Origin: Candidatus Heimdallarchaeota archaeon
GTDB lineage: Archaea; Asgardarchaeota; Heimdallarchaeia; JABLTI01
Length of the DNA stretch: 64,000 bases
Reading direction: 5' to 3'
NCBI GenBank assembly: GCA_019056785.1
Contig: DXJV01000084.1
Location: forward strand, 134,492 to 198,491
The notes under the pieces were generated by a model. The model was not told the origin of the DNA. It made no database searches and was given only the letters and a program-made list of their open reading frames with translations. Positions 52,286-63,152 of this stretch are shown one piece after another. Made by a program: the position numbers and the translations under genes. Position 1 is the stretch's first letter, and each line of letters begins with the position of its first letter.

Positions 52286-52990
52286 CTATTGCTGATTCGT
52301 ACCAACCATTCCTCGTTTTTCTAAGAGTGGGAGAACAGCCTTAAACAACTCTGAAGCAAGCTCATAAATGCCCTTATTTGCGTTCAATAAAAGATACTTG
52401 CCAATGTTGTCTGTATGATAAATTTCGAGAAACAATGCTCGTACCTGAGAAAGATACTCTAGGCCTTCGAAAGTATTGCTTTTTTTTCGCTGGGAATAAA
52501 TGCGTTGAAGAGCAATTGCCGGTTCAAGATCAAAAATAATAGTTAAATCGGGTTCTGGAAATTCCCGTCGGTTGAGAGCGAGAATGCTTTTCCAATCGTT
52601 ATTTTTTCGTGCACCTTGATAACAAGCTGTGGAAAAAAAGTAACGGTCAAGAAGGACAATTGCTCCTCTCTTGAGAGCTGGGAGAACTCGTTCTCGGACA
52701 TTCCATGCACGGTCCCGCATGAACCAATCCAATTCTTGCTCTAAAGAGACGCGCCCTGATGAATAACTCGCACGCAACTTTTGTCCTTCGATAGTTTGGT
52801 CCGTTGGTTCTTTGAAAAGTTCTACCTGTAACCCAAGACCCTCGAGTTTAAATTTCAAAAGTTTCGCCTGGGTCGTTTTACCGGTACCATCTATTCCTTC
52901 GAATACTATTAACAGACCTGGCTTTGTTTTTTCCACACAGATCGATTCCCTTGATTTGTTGTAATTGGTTTGTACATTTAAAGTTGTCAA
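52286..52990 (-). CDS. tmk: Thymidylate kinase
   Basis: Motifs FEGIDGTGKTTQ, KEP, LDRY, YQG and PDLTI. Confidence 0.95.
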   Translation of the reverse strand: MTTLNVQTNYNKSRESICVEKTKPGLLIVFEGIDGTGKTTQAKLLKFKLEGLGLQVELFKEPTDQTIEGQKLRASYSSGRVSLEQELDWFMRDRAWNVRERVLPALKRGAIVLLDRYFFSTACYQGARKNNDWKSILALNRREFPEPDLTIIFDLEPAIALQRIYSQRKKSNTFEGLEYLSQVRALFLEIYHTDNIGKYLLLNANKGIYELASELFKAVLPLLEKRGMVGTNQQ

Positions 52991-53059
52991 TAAAAAAGTA
53001 TCCGTTTTAGGAAGAGAAAAAAAGAATAGAATGAAAAGAGGGAGAGAATTCTTTTGGTT

Positions 53060-54961
53060 TTATTGAAAGCTTGAGAAGATGGGACGCTTGCTTAACAACA
53101 GAGGGAGGGTCAATGGGATATAGGGGAGACCTTTTGTTTCTGTGCAGATACGTTGTATAAGTGCCTTTTCCGTCATTTGAACCTCTTGACGGTTCTCTTG
53201 CCGGATTCTCACTGGGAATGTTTTTGAAGCAAGCTCTTTATCGCCGATTACAATGATATAGGGGATCCACTCTTGCTCTGCAGAGCGTATTTTTTTGCCA
53301 ATTCGTTCTGAACGGTCGTCAATATCTACTCGTATATTTTGTTTGCTGAGTTTTTTGGCAATTTTCTGACAATGAACCAAATGCTCTTCAGAGACGGGCA
53401 AAAGGCGAACTTGCGTTGGTGACAACCAAACAGGGAACATAGGAATTTTGCCTTGTCGTTGCTCTGTATAAGCTTTTTCTAAGAGGGCATAAACAATGCG
53501 TTCAATAGCACCGGAAATGCTTGTATGTAGCAAAAGGGGCCTTTGTTTTTGATTTTGTTGGTCAACAAAACTAATGTCAAAGCGCTCCGAGTTTTCAACG
53601 TCAATTTGTACCGTACTTAAAGCAGACGCTTTGTCTTGATTATCAATAATATTAAACTCAAACTTGCAAATGAAGTAGGCGTAGCGTTTGTCAAATAACT
53701 CTATTAAGGCAGGGCGATTCCTGGCTTTTACCATTTTCGCAAACCATTTTTTATTCTCTTCAAAAAAGTCCTTTTGAGCGCGAAAAACAGATTCATAATC
53801 AAGTTCAAAGGCTTGAAGGCAATTAACGGAGAGCTTGAATTGTTCTTCAAATGCTTGTTTAGCCATAGGTAAGTCCTTAGCGATAGTATGCATATCTGGC
53901 ATTGTAAATGTTCGAAGGCGGCGTAGAGCGGCCAATTCACCTCTCTGCTCGCGTCTGAATGAATAATGAGTCATTTCAAACAATTTAATTGGTAATTGCG
54001 AATAAGAGATTTGAGCATCAGAACTAATTAAAAACTGGCCAAAACAGGCGGCGAATCGCAAGAAGAAATTATCCGAGCCGGATTTCACAATGTATTGCCG
54101 CGCAGGAAAACGATGCATGTACTTCTCAATGGCAGGATGAGTAAAGCTATACATTATTGGGCTTTCAATAGGCATTGCACCGTACTCTATAGTAAGGTCT
54201 TGAACATACTGCTCAAGGAGGTGTTTAACGATCCACCCCTTAGGATACCAGCGAAAATTCCCGGCGTCGCTACCTGGTTCGTAATCAACCAGCGCGAGTT
54301 TTCGCATTAGATCTGCATGTGGCGGGGGCATTTCTGAGGCTCGTTTCTTCTCAGTTTCATATACAACAAACTTCCGAAGGTTTTTTGCCTCTGCTTTAAA
54401 TCGATAATCTTTCACAGGCGTTAGAGTCCCATCTGGGTCCATAATATAAAATTCATGTTTGGTTTCCTCTTCCCCTTTAAGCGCTTCACTTTCAATGGTC
54501 TCAACTTTGATAGCTCCTTCATGCCCAGACACCTCACCAATGCTCCTTGAGAGCTCCGAGAGGGGGTGACCTTTACATTTGATATTAAATGCCTTATACC
54601 AGCCAAACGGCGCGCGGGTAATTGCATAGGCTTTCTTCTTCAAACTACTTTCAATCAATTTCAAAACATGTAAAGCCACATCCGGCCTGGCAGGATTATC
54701 AGAAAGATGAACCCAAGGGTAGAGAACGATCGTAGTGGTGCCAACCTGTTTTGCTACGTCTTCAATCTCTTTCACTGCCTTTTCAGCAATGCTTTCAAAA
54801 TTTGCTTCGTCTTGTTTTTCAATAGAGGAAAACACAACTAAGCATTCATCAACGTGATGTAACTGCTTCTCTATCTCCTCAGCGGCTTTTATCGCCTTTT
54901 TTTTGGGTTCATATTCAATAAAATCTGAATGTACGGTGAGTAAACGCAAAACAATCACCAA
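53060..54961 (-). CDS. thrS: Threonyl-tRNA synthetase, archaeal type with N-terminal editing domain
   Basis: Motifs RAPFGWYKAF, CKGHPLSELSR, LRFAACFGQF, FTMPDMH and SGAIER. Confidence 0.97.
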   Translation of the reverse strand: MVIVLRLLTVHSDFIEYEPKKKAIKAAEEIEKQLHHVDECLVVFSSIEKQDEANFESIAEKAVKEIEDVAKQVGTTTIVLYPWVHLSDNPARPDVALHVLKLIESSLKKKAYAITRAPFGWYKAFNIKCKGHPLSELSRSIGEVSGHEGAIKVETIESEALKGEEETKHEFYIMDPDGTLTPVKDYRFKAEAKNLRKFVVYETEKKRASEMPPPHADLMRKLALVDYEPGSDAGNFRWYPKGWIVKHLLEQYVQDLTIEYGAMPIESPIMYSFTHPAIEKYMHRFPARQYIVKSGSDNFFLRFAACFGQFLISSDAQISYSQLPIKLFEMTHYSFRREQRGELAALRRLRTFTMPDMHTIAKDLPMAKQAFEEQFKLSVNCLQAFELDYESVFRAQKDFFEENKKWFAKMVKARNRPALIELFDKRYAYFICKFEFNIIDNQDKASALSTVQIDVENSERFDISFVDQQNQKQRPLLLHTSISGAIERIVYALLEKAYTEQRQGKIPMFPVWLSPTQVRLLPVSEEHLVHCQKIAKKLSKQNIRVDIDDRSERIGKKIRSAEQEWIPYIIVIGDKELASKTFPVRIRQENRQEVQMTEKALIQRICTETKGLPYIPLTLPLLLSKRPIFSSFQ

Positions 54962-55057
54962 TTATAGTTTTCTTTAGCGGGAGATTCTTCCGCCTTGCAT
55001 TTTTCTATCTTCATAGAAATAAAAGCTTTTGGGAAAAAAGCAAAATATTTTTGTAAA

Positions 55058-55885
55058 TTATTTCAACACACGAAACATAACTGAATCTAACATATTTTCC
55101 GGAAAGAATTCCAGCATCTGTCTACTTTTATTGTTTTTTATACGGTAGCGTGCTCGCGGCCTTTTCTTATACATCAGTTTATAGACCGCCTTTGCTATAT
55201 CATCAGGGTTTGCACAATGACCTTTTTCCGCTTCACAAGTAGTTATAACACGTTTTAGAAGATTGGGGAAATGTGTTTGCTTCAGATCAAAATCCTTTGA
55301 ATAAACCTCAATAGTGGTATCTATTAACGATGTATCAACAGCACCAAGTTGAAGATGGATCACTTTCATATCTAGGAACATTAATTCACGACGCAAGGCG
55401 TCAGAGAACGCTTCGAGAGCACATTTTGTCATGGAATAAGGGCCATTTAAGGGAAAAACGAGACGACTGGCTTCTGAGCCGATGTTAATTATCCGCCCCT
55501 TTTTCGCGTATAATAAGGGAAAAAGAGCTTTCGTTGTTTTATATACTCCTAAAACATTCACGGCAAAAATCTGTTCCATTTTCTTTTCAGAGACTTCAAT
55601 TAAAGGCCCTCCTACGAACAGACCGGCATTATTTACTAAACCATCTAATCCCTCCACCTGTGAGCAAATTTTTTCACGCGCTTTTAAAATTGAGGTGACA
55701 TCTGTCACATCCATATATATAGGGGCAAGATTTGGTATATTCTCGAGATTTTCAAGCGCACGCTCATTTATATCTGCTGCGAAAACAAAATCGCCACGTT
55801 CAGCAAAATAACGCGAAATTGCCAGGCCAATGCCACCTGCAGCACCTGTTACTAGGATTGCTTTCGTATCGTTAGTCATCATCAT
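55058..55885 (-). CDS. Short-chain dehydrogenase/reductase
   Basis: Motifs TGAAGGIG, NNAG and YSMTK. Confidence 0.95.
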   Translation of the reverse strand: MMMTNDTKAILVTGAAGGIGLAISRYFAERGDFVFAADINERALENLENIPNLAPIYMDVTDVTSILKAREKICSQVEGLDGLVNNAGLFVGGPLIEVSEKKMEQIFAVNVLGVYKTTKALFPLLYAKKGRIINIGSEASRLVFPLNGPYSMTKCALEAFSDALRRELMFLDMKVIHLQLGAVDTSLIDTTIEVYSKDFDLKQTHFPNLLKRVITTCEAEKGHCANPDDIAKAVYKLMYKKRPRARYRIKNNKSRQMLEFFPENMLDSVMFRVLK

Positions 55886-55959
55886 TTGAATCGTCCATCA
55901 ATAGCTGGTAATAACTACAATTGTCAAAGATTACAACTTTCAACTAATTTAAAAATTTC

Positions 55960-56925
55960 TCATTCCGGTGGTTCTTCCGCTTCTGCCCTTAAAACTTCAT
56001 AGAGACCTTCTTTAAATGAGGTAACTTCTTTTTCCGACGCTTTTTTAATAGTGATCACTAAAACATAGAGAAAGAGTGCTAAAAGGAGAAGAGTAAATAC
56101 CAATGAGATAACAAGCCAATTCATTGCACGTGGCAATGAGAAATAGTTAACTGAGAGATAGAAAGTAGCATCAAATGGAGCAAGTGCATCTAAGTTTTCT
56201 TTCCGTGCTAAAACCGTGAACCAGTAGTGCTCACCCTCTTCTGTCGTCGCGTTGCTTATTTGATAATAACTAAGCGTATTTGGATGAATAGTAAACCGAC
56301 TTTCTTCAAGAAAAGCAGCGGTAATGCTTTGTTGCCCGACATCAATGGGCAGAATTATTTCTAACTCTTGATAATCTAATGTTCCATCCCACGTAGGCCG
56401 TTCTAAGCTAATGGAAACTAAATCTGGATCATTATTATAATGGAATAGTTGATTTGATAAAAAGAAATCTGCCGTGTAGGTTAAATGGTACAACACTGTT
56501 TCGTTAAAATATAACGCCGATCGATTCTTCAAGCTAAAAAGAAAAGAAGTCGTCTGACTAAAAACAGAGCTATAATTTAATGCCAAAATATTTCCGTGAT
56601 TAATTGCATAGGTTTCTGCCGCGACAATCGCGACAGCTTCATTTTCAACTAAAGGGCGAAGATACATCCCTTTGTGAGAAGCTTCCGGGGTGCAATTAAC
56701 TAAGATGGTAACTTTACCCAGGCCATTTTTCTCCAACTTAATTACTGTTTTAACCCAGTTTAAATCTGCAGCATAAAACCCTTCATTTGGCGTTACGGTG
56801 ATTTTTTCCGGTAGAGGTGGAGCTTTTTGAGATGTTATTTGCGAGAGGTTGAGAAGAAGGGGGAATATGAAAACAATTAAGAAAATAATGAATAAACTTT
56901 TGCATTGTTTGCCCCGGGAAGCCAT
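55960..56925 (-). CDS. Exported beta-rich protein with N- and C-terminal TM segments
   Basis: Hydrophobic termini and NxS/T sequons. Confidence 0.7.
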   Translation of the reverse strand: MASRGKQCKSLFIIFLIVFIFPLLLNLSQITSQKAPPLPEKITVTPNEGFYAADLNWVKTVIKLEKNGLGKVTILVNCTPEASHKGMYLRPLVENEAVAIVAAETYAINHGNILALNYSSVFSQTTSFLFSLKNRSALYFNETVLYHLTYTADFFLSNQLFHYNNDPDLVSISLERPTWDGTLDYQELEIILPIDVGQQSITAAFLEESRFTIHPNTLSYYQISNATTEEGEHYWFTVLARKENLDALAPFDATFYLSVNYFSLPRAMNWLVISLVFTLLLLALFLYVLVITIKKASEKEVTSFKEGLYEVLRAEAEEPPE

Positions 56926-57067
56926 GTCTACTAACCACTTTTGAAATTCTGATAAACTTAATCTAAAGAGTCGTTCAAAAAAGCTCCGATTAGTAAGTTA
57001 TTAACGAAAAAAGACTGAAAGATTTAATGCTGAAAACTCAATGAAAGTATAGTGGAGGAAACCCAAC

Positions 57068-59395
57068 ATGGGAAAGAACAAGGTCAACCAATTAGATGCT
57101 AAAAAACTACTGAAAGAAAACTTATTAGTACTACCAGTCGTAGCAGAAATGCTTGAAGCCAAAACCAACCTTGGAAAAGGCGAAATTGAAACGCCTAAGG
57201 AGATTAAGGAGATCGATGCGCTTATTTTTTCTCGCGGGAGATTAAATGCACAATTTTTCCGTGGGAATCGCTCATTGTTTGTCGTCCCTTCTTGGGTAGA
57301 ACGGATGCTCCACCCTAAGAGTAAAGGAGTTGTTTCTTTAGGGCACTGTGCCTCCTTTATTAATACAAACTATCGCAATTGGGTTGCTTTTGGGGGAGTA
57401 AATTGTCACTCAGAAGGTATTGTGACTGATCGAGGGTTAGTGGTACCACTAAATAATGGGTATGGAATTCTTACAGGCCTTTTTGACGGAGAAAAAGTCT
57501 ATTTCTCGTCTAGCGACGGGAAAAATGTTCAAACACTCCTGGAAGGGCATTTGCCAATAATCGTAAATGAATGGGAACTTGATGGCGAAAAAATATATCA
57601 AACTGTTTATGCCGGCAAACAGCTGGAAAAGGAAATTGGCGTGCTTCAATTTCGAAAAAATAAAAAAAATAAAGGAAAGCTCTTAGTTTCTCTTCGGCCT
57701 TTTAATCAAGAGGGGGTCTTTTTAATTCACTCAATAAACTATTCGCCCAAAAATCGCCTAATAACAATTAACAATAAATTTTTCTTGCAGTTGCAGCAAA
57801 CGCCCGAGAAAATATTCATCGGCAACTACCATAGCTTTGGCGATTCGGCAAGAAATGTAATTAAAGAAGGATTTGTAAGTAAAAATGGCACAGAAATAAA
57901 AACCGAGTGTTCAGTTGGGTTGGCAAATATGACCTTTCTATTTCCGGAAAACGAAGAGCATATAGAAGTTGTATTTTCCATGACAGACAATTCCCTTGGC
58001 AATGAGCACCTGGCGATTGATACAGTTACAACAGAATGGAAAAACATACTAGCAGAAGGGTTACAACTCAGCACTGGGAACAAAGAAATGGACAGACTTT
58101 ATCTTGCCAGCCTTGCAAATTTATTATTACTCACTGACCCCGGGACCATTACTCCAGGACCAACCGAATATCATCGCTTTTGGTGTAGAGATGCCGCCTT
58201 TCTTATTAATGCTCTGGACAAAAGTGGCTATCATAATTATGCTCGGGAAGTTTTAGCACAATTCATTAAACGACAAAGACCAGATGGATTTTACTACAGC
58301 CATGAGGGGGAGTTTGATTCACCCGGGGAAGGTATTTGGGCCTTTACGGAACATTATAAATTGACTCGAGATATTGCCTGGCTTGAAACTGTTTTTCCCT
58401 CAATCGAAAAAGCTGCCAAATGGATTATCTCCACGAGAAGACATGAGCAAAAGAAGATGTCCTTAGAAAGGAATGAACAATTAACGAAAGGGCTTCTCCC
58501 TCCAGGATATAGTGCAGAACATCTCGGCCCATGTGACTACTTCTACTGGGACAATTTCTGGGGGGTAGCAGGTGTCAGAGATGCTGCCTATTGTGCAAAA
58601 GTGTTAGAACACAACTCCGCGCCATTCCTTCAAAAAGAATATCAAGATTATCTCTTCGACCTTTTGGCTAGTACCACCCGACTCTTCCAAAAATTCGGCT
58701 TCTTACCGGTAGGACCTTTTCGTAAAGGCGACAGTGCAATGATCGCCAACCTCGTTGTCTTTCATCCAATTAAAATCTGGGATGGTAAAAATGAAATTCT
58801 TAGGAAGACCGCTGAAGAGATTTATCGAACATATACTTATAATGGTGGCTTTTTCCATGAAGTTGCCTGGAATTGTTATGGAACATATTTAACCATGCAT
58901 TTAGCTGAAGTTTTTCACGGGCTTCATGATAGCGCCAAAGTTCGAGAGCTTCTTAAGTGGTTAATTAAACACCAGACATGCCCGATGGGGTGGGCTGAAG
59001 GAATAAGTCCACAAACAATGCAGGGCGGCATGGGCGACAGCCCCCATGGCTGGGCAAGCGCAGAGTGGATCCTTTTACTACGGAATTTGTTCTGTTCAGA
59101 AACATTAGATGGGTCAATAAAGTTGCTCTCCGGTTTCCCAGTGGAAAACCTCAGAAAAGGTATTGAAGCGAAAAGCCTGCAGACATATTATGGAAAGGTC
59201 AACTTTAAAGCAAGGCTTACAAAGAAAAAACTCTCGGTGAAACTTTTACAAAATATCAGCATTTCATCACTCAAAATCATGACTCCTGCACTTGTCTCTA
59301 AAATTATTACTGATAAAGGTGATGCGTTTAAAATTGGCGAACAAACTGTCGAGATTTCAACCAAAGCAAAAAAAGTTATCATTGAATTTGAATAG
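57068..59395 (+). CDS. Six-hairpin (alpha/alpha)6 glycoside hydrolase-like protein
   Basis: Motifs YHRFWCRDAA, QRPDG, DNFWGVAG, WAEG and GDSPHGWASA. Confidence 0.8.
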   Translation: MGKNKVNQLDAKKLLKENLLVLPVVAEMLEAKTNLGKGEIETPKEIKEIDALIFSRGRLNAQFFRGNRSLFVVPSWVERMLHPKSKGVVSLGHCASFINTNYRNWVAFGGVNCHSEGIVTDRGLVVPLNNGYGILTGLFDGEKVYFSSSDGKNVQTLLEGHLPIIVNEWELDGEKIYQTVYAGKQLEKEIGVLQFRKNKKNKGKLLVSLRPFNQEGVFLIHSINYSPKNRLITINNKFFLQLQQTPEKIFIGNYHSFGDSARNVIKEGFVSKNGTEIKTECSVGLANMTFLFPENEEHIEVVFSMTDNSLGNEHLAIDTVTTEWKNILAEGLQLSTGNKEMDRLYLASLANLLLLTDPGTITPGPTEYHRFWCRDAAFLINALDKSGYHNYAREVLAQFIKRQRPDGFYYSHEGEFDSPGEGIWAFTEHYKLTRDIAWLETVFPSIEKAAKWIISTRRHEQKKMSLERNEQLTKGLLPPGYSAEHLGPCDYFYWDNFWGVAGVRDAAYCAKVLEHNSAPFLQKEYQDYLFDLLASTTRLFQKFGFLPVGPFRKGDSAMIANLVVFHPIKIWDGKNEILRKTAEEIYRTYTYNGGFFHEVAWNCYGTYLTMHLAEVFHGLHDSAKVRELLKWLIKHQTCPMGWAEGISPQTMQGGMGDSPHGWASAEWILLLRNLFCSETLDGSIKLLSGFPVENLRKGIEAKSLQTYYGKVNFKARLTKKKLSVKLLQNISISSLKIMTPALVSKIITDKGDAFKIGEQTVEISTKAKKVIIEFE

Positions 59396-59479
59396 TATTC
59401 TCGCCTTCATTTCACAAAGCTAATTAAGCTCAAAGCATTCAAAATTTGTAATGGCGTATTCTACTGGCAGTGATCACCC

Positions 59480-59641
59480 ATGAAATTTGACATCATCATG
59501 AAGGCAGATGCTATCGGGAGAGTAGCTGTCGGGCGAGTGCTTGGAATGGAAAAAGTAGAGCTTTTTGATGGAACAGAGTTCGCAACCACAACGCTTTCCT
59601 TGAAACACAGACAAGTTGATCCTGAGGAGCTTATCATTTGA
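59480..59641 (+). pseudogene. Probable C-terminal remnant of a DadA/sarcosine-oxidase-beta-like FAD oxidoreductase
   Basis: IMKADAIGRVA...ELFDG...VDPEELII resembles that family's C-terminus. No upstream FAD-binding region is present. Confidence 0.5.
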
Positions 59642-59654
59642 TAAAAAATCCAAA

Positions 59655-59990
59655 TTAGACTAGTTTCTGTAGTTTAGAGATGTCTTTAAGCGAGGCTTTA
59701 ACTTTTATTTTTCCCATAGTAAATGCTCGCATACCATTGATGCTTCCATCAATAAGGCCAATTAGAGTATCCTCTTTCATTTTAAATTGGATTTCAGCAT
59801 CCTCGGCTTCGGTATTAATAAGCTCACCAGGAATTCCATCTTCCACTTTGAAATGCCAGTACTCATCACTGTCTGTGAAGTAGTACTGAATTGTCCGATT
59901 CCAACCTTTAAACTCTTTTTTCGCATCTTCTGTTAGGAGTTTTTTACGAGCTGCTTCTAAAGCTTCGATCACTTCTTCACGTGTTGGCAT
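59655..59990 (-). CDS. SCP2 sterol/lipid carrier domain protein
   Basis: Motif LIDGSINGMRAFTMGKIKVK; 111 aa. Confidence 0.9.
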   Translation of the reverse strand: MPTREEVIEALEAARKKLLTEDAKKEFKGWNRTIQYYFTDSDEYWHFKVEDGIPGELINTEAEDAEIQFKMKEDTLIGLIDGSINGMRAFTMGKIKVKASLKDISKLQKLV

Positions 59991-60149
59991 TCAAATTTCT
60001 CCGTTAAATGCTATTTTAGTCGGGTGAAATACTAAATTATCATATATTCTACAGATGAAATTAAAAATTCTTCCGTCAATATGGAACGAGGAATATTTAT
60101 TAAAAACGATTGTTTAACACAAATAGAAAATTTGTTGGTATGAAGAAAA

Positions 60150-61202
60150 ATGACAACAACAAAGATAACTCTGGAAGAATTAAAACCGAAATTTTTAGAT
60201 GCACCAAATAGATACAATAATTGGTATAATACAGCCGATTTTACCTTTAATGGTGTGGATTATTGCCTTAAACTTTCTCTAACAGAAGGCACACTACTTG
60301 GTCAACAAAATTTCATGAGCCTTTCTTCGGAACCGCTGAAAATTGTGGAAGAAAATGGTATTGCAGTGCTTAAAAAACCGGAGAATGACATTAACCTAAT
60401 TTTTGAGGGCAATGACTTTCATTTTGATTTAGATAATGAGAGCCTAACTGTTGAAATGGGCGATATGAAAGTTATCTGCAAAGAAGATGAACGGCGAGTT
60501 ATTTGTAAGAGCAAGGAATTAAACATAGATATAGTTTCCAAACCTCGAGGACCAATTTTCTATTGGGGGAAAAAAAAAGGAGCTCTATGTCAAGTAACAG
60601 AAGGGACAGAAGTCGCAGGAATTGAATCACTCTCAACCATTAATGGAAGTATCACTACTAACAAACAAAAAATTGATCTAAAAGATGCGCGAGGACTTTT
60701 TGAGCGTGTGTGGTTTGGAAAATTAGACTTCTTTCAAATTAGAATTATGAACTGGCTTTATGCGAATTTTGATCAGCTCTACACATATATTTGCCATACC
60801 GAATCACAAAAAAATGACGGTGGGGGATTTCATTTTGAAACAGGAAAGATCTATTTGCTTGAGACTGATGACTACTTATTTGCTGACAGGTTTGAAATTG
60901 TCCCAGAAAGTTGGGTTTATTTCGAAGAAGCAAAACGATTTATCCCATGGGAGCAATCAGTTGAAGTACGAACCCAAAAAGGAAGACTGAAATACACCAT
61001 CAAACCCTATCGCTATCCCCAGTTGATTCAGCCACCAATACGAATGTTTGACTTTGTAGTGGACAATATCCCCGGATGGAGTTCCTTATTCTATGACCTT
61101 CCCGTAAAACTTGAAGGAAAATTCATCTTTAAAGATGGCGAAAAACTAGAACTCACAAATGGGAGAGGCATCAACGAGCTAATTAGACTGGTTCCTCTTT
61201 AG
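60150..61202 (+). CDS. Hypothetical beta-rich protein (AttH/lipocalin-like?)
   Basis: NWYN, ARGLFERVWFG, NWLY and G.GINE pattern. Confidence 0.55.
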   Translation: MTTTKITLEELKPKFLDAPNRYNNWYNTADFTFNGVDYCLKLSLTEGTLLGQQNFMSLSSEPLKIVEENGIAVLKKPENDINLIFEGNDFHFDLDNESLTVEMGDMKVICKEDERRVICKSKELNIDIVSKPRGPIFYWGKKKGALCQVTEGTEVAGIESLSTINGSITTNKQKIDLKDARGLFERVWFGKLDFFQIRIMNWLYANFDQLYTYICHTESQKNDGGGFHFETGKIYLLETDDYLFADRFEIVPESWVYFEEAKRFIPWEQSVEVRTQKGRLKYTIKPYRYPQLIQPPIRMFDFVVDNIPGWSSLFYDLPVKLEGKFIFKDGEKLELTNGRGINELIRLVPL

Positions 61203-61293
61203 GAACCATAATCCTTTTTTCTCCTCAATTATTACTCTGCTCAGAAATCCTTTTATGATATTTAGCTTTACTTATTATTTGGTGTTATGAAAT

Positions 61294-61728
61294 TTGAATA
61301 AAGCAGTTTATTATAAGTTCATGTTCATTATTTCCGGCAGCCTGAATATTTTGGCAGCTTTGTTGTTTGGTATTTTTGCTTTGACCTTACCAGACTTTTT
61401 CTCATATTTTGGCTTACAAAAACCTAATGGCTACATTTGGTATCTTACCTGCCTTCTTTTTGCGGCGATTATGGGGTTCCAATATTTCCTTGTAGGGTTA
61501 GACATCTCAAAAAATCACCTTGTTGTTTCATCTGGCATCTTTTCTAAATTCGCCTCCTTTTTCGTTGCTTTACTGTTCTTTATCTTGGGTTCATGCAACT
61601 GGGTTCCGTTGTTACTAACAGGGGTAAATCTGGTCTTTGGGGCTTTGTTCATAGAATTTTTTGTGAATTACAAAAAACTTGACACGCAAGAAATTATGGC
61701 GGCATATAGCCCACTTAAGAAGGGTTAA
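61294..61728 (+). CDS. Four-TM membrane protein
   Basis: Four hydrophobic segments. Confidence 0.7.
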   Translation: MNKAVYYKFMFIISGSLNILAALLFGIFALTLPDFFSYFGLQKPNGYIWYLTCLLFAAIMGFQYFLVGLDISKNHLVVSSGIFSKFASFFVALLFFILGSCNWVPLLLTGVNLVFGALFIEFFVNYKKLDTQEIMAAYSPLKKG

Positions 61729-61843
61729 TTCTAATCCTTCCCAAATCTTTTTTATACAAACAACAACATTCTTTTACTTTAATACACATTAATAATGTGT
61801 CGGGCCGGCTTACTAGCAACCCGTTAATAGTAAGGAAAATAGT

Positions 61844-63142
61844 TTGGTGGTTAGTTTGTCAATTTATGACGATCTGCTCAGTGGCGATGAATATCTTAAA
61901 GAATACAATTTGAAACGCAACCCTTTTGATAAGATTTCAGCGGAGTCTATGACAAGTGAAGAGATAAAGGAAATGCATGTTGTAACAGCTGCGGATAAAA
62001 AAATCGCCACGAATCTCTCGACCATCATAGGTGGGGGCTCTGCGACAGTCGCCTTAATAGGCGAATATGGTTCTGGAAAGTCTATTCGTGCAAGCTCAAT
62101 TGCAGAGACTCTAAAGAACAAAGGAGCATTAGTCTTTTATACCAAACTTCCAGGAGGAGCACCGGGGATTGTAACTTATGCCTTGTTCGAAAGTGTCTGC
62201 ATACCCATTATTAACAATAAAGATGTTCCTGAGGAACTTCAAGAATATGCCAGTAAATTATGGGATGAATTTCGGGAGATTAATTCACTTCCCGAAACAA
62301 AATTCAAACCGTATGAAGCCGGACAAAAACTCGCCGGTCTTTTTCACGAAATTAGCGACAAAGGATTTACTTCGGGACTCGTTATAGATGAATTTGAAGA
62401 AATTATTGAGGCATCAATCCAGCGGGAAGTTAGAAAGACATTTGAAATCTTGCGCGAATATCTCAGCCATGCAGTGGGAATAAGTAAACACATCACAGTT
62501 ATTTGCTCCACTCCAAATGCCTGGGCATCGCTTAAGGAGATCCACCCGGCTGTGGCAACGAGAATACATGTAGAAATAGAATTTAAACCTGTAAATGAGC
62601 AAATTGCGGTTGAAATTGTCCGGAAACGCTTGAATGCTTTTCGCCCCACAAAACAAAAAGACCTTTCTCCCTTTACGGAGGAAATTATTCACACAGTCAA
62701 TAAACAATATGCAACTGGCAACCCCCGAATGTTGCTGCTTGTCTTGCGATCCATTTTAGATGTTGCTGCTCACGCAAAGGTTAAAGAAATCGACCAGCAA
62801 ACCATCGAGAAAGGGGTAGAGTTTGCCAGAGAAAAATTAAAGGATGCACAAAGCGAACGCATAAAACAGATTCTTACGCCCAAGATGCGTGATATTCTTG
62901 AAATCATTATCGGGGAGAAGGAAGGGGGGCCAGTTATTGGAACGGCTTTAGCCGATGAATTGGGAATGGACCAAGGAAATCTCTCTCGCTATCTCAACCA
63001 AATGGCGGCATTAAACTTCCTAAATAAACATCGCGACGGCCGGATTGTTTCCTATGAAATCAAGCCCGAACTCCGATTGATTTTCGCTGAGGAACTGGGG
63101 CTAACACAAGACAAGCAAGCAGAAAAAAATGAAGAAGAATAG
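61844..63142 (+). CDS. AAA+/P-loop ATPase with C-terminal winged HTH
   Basis: LKRNPF, Walker A GEYGSGKS, Walker B VIDEFE, GNPR and HTH LADELGMDQGNLSRYL. Confidence 0.85.
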   Translation: MVVSLSIYDDLLSGDEYLKEYNLKRNPFDKISAESMTSEEIKEMHVVTAADKKIATNLSTIIGGGSATVALIGEYGSGKSIRASSIAETLKNKGALVFYTKLPGGAPGIVTYALFESVCIPIINNKDVPEELQEYASKLWDEFREINSLPETKFKPYEAGQKLAGLFHEISDKGFTSGLVIDEFEEIIEASIQREVRKTFEILREYLSHAVGISKHITVICSTPNAWASLKEIHPAVATRIHVEIEFKPVNEQIAVEIVRKRLNAFRPTKQKDLSPFTEEIIHTVNKQYATGNPRMLLLVLRSILDVAAHAKVKEIDQQTIEKGVEFAREKLKDAQSERIKQILTPKMRDILEIIIGEKEGGPVIGTALADELGMDQGNLSRYLNQMAALNFLNKHRDGRIVSYEIKPELRLIFAEELGLTQDKQAEKNEEE

Positions 63143-63152
63143 AAAGGAAGAT

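Noticed and set aside
61844-63142. Calling the ATPase cdc6/orc1
   Set aside because: It lacks recognisable Cdc6 signature sequences; only the architecture is similar.
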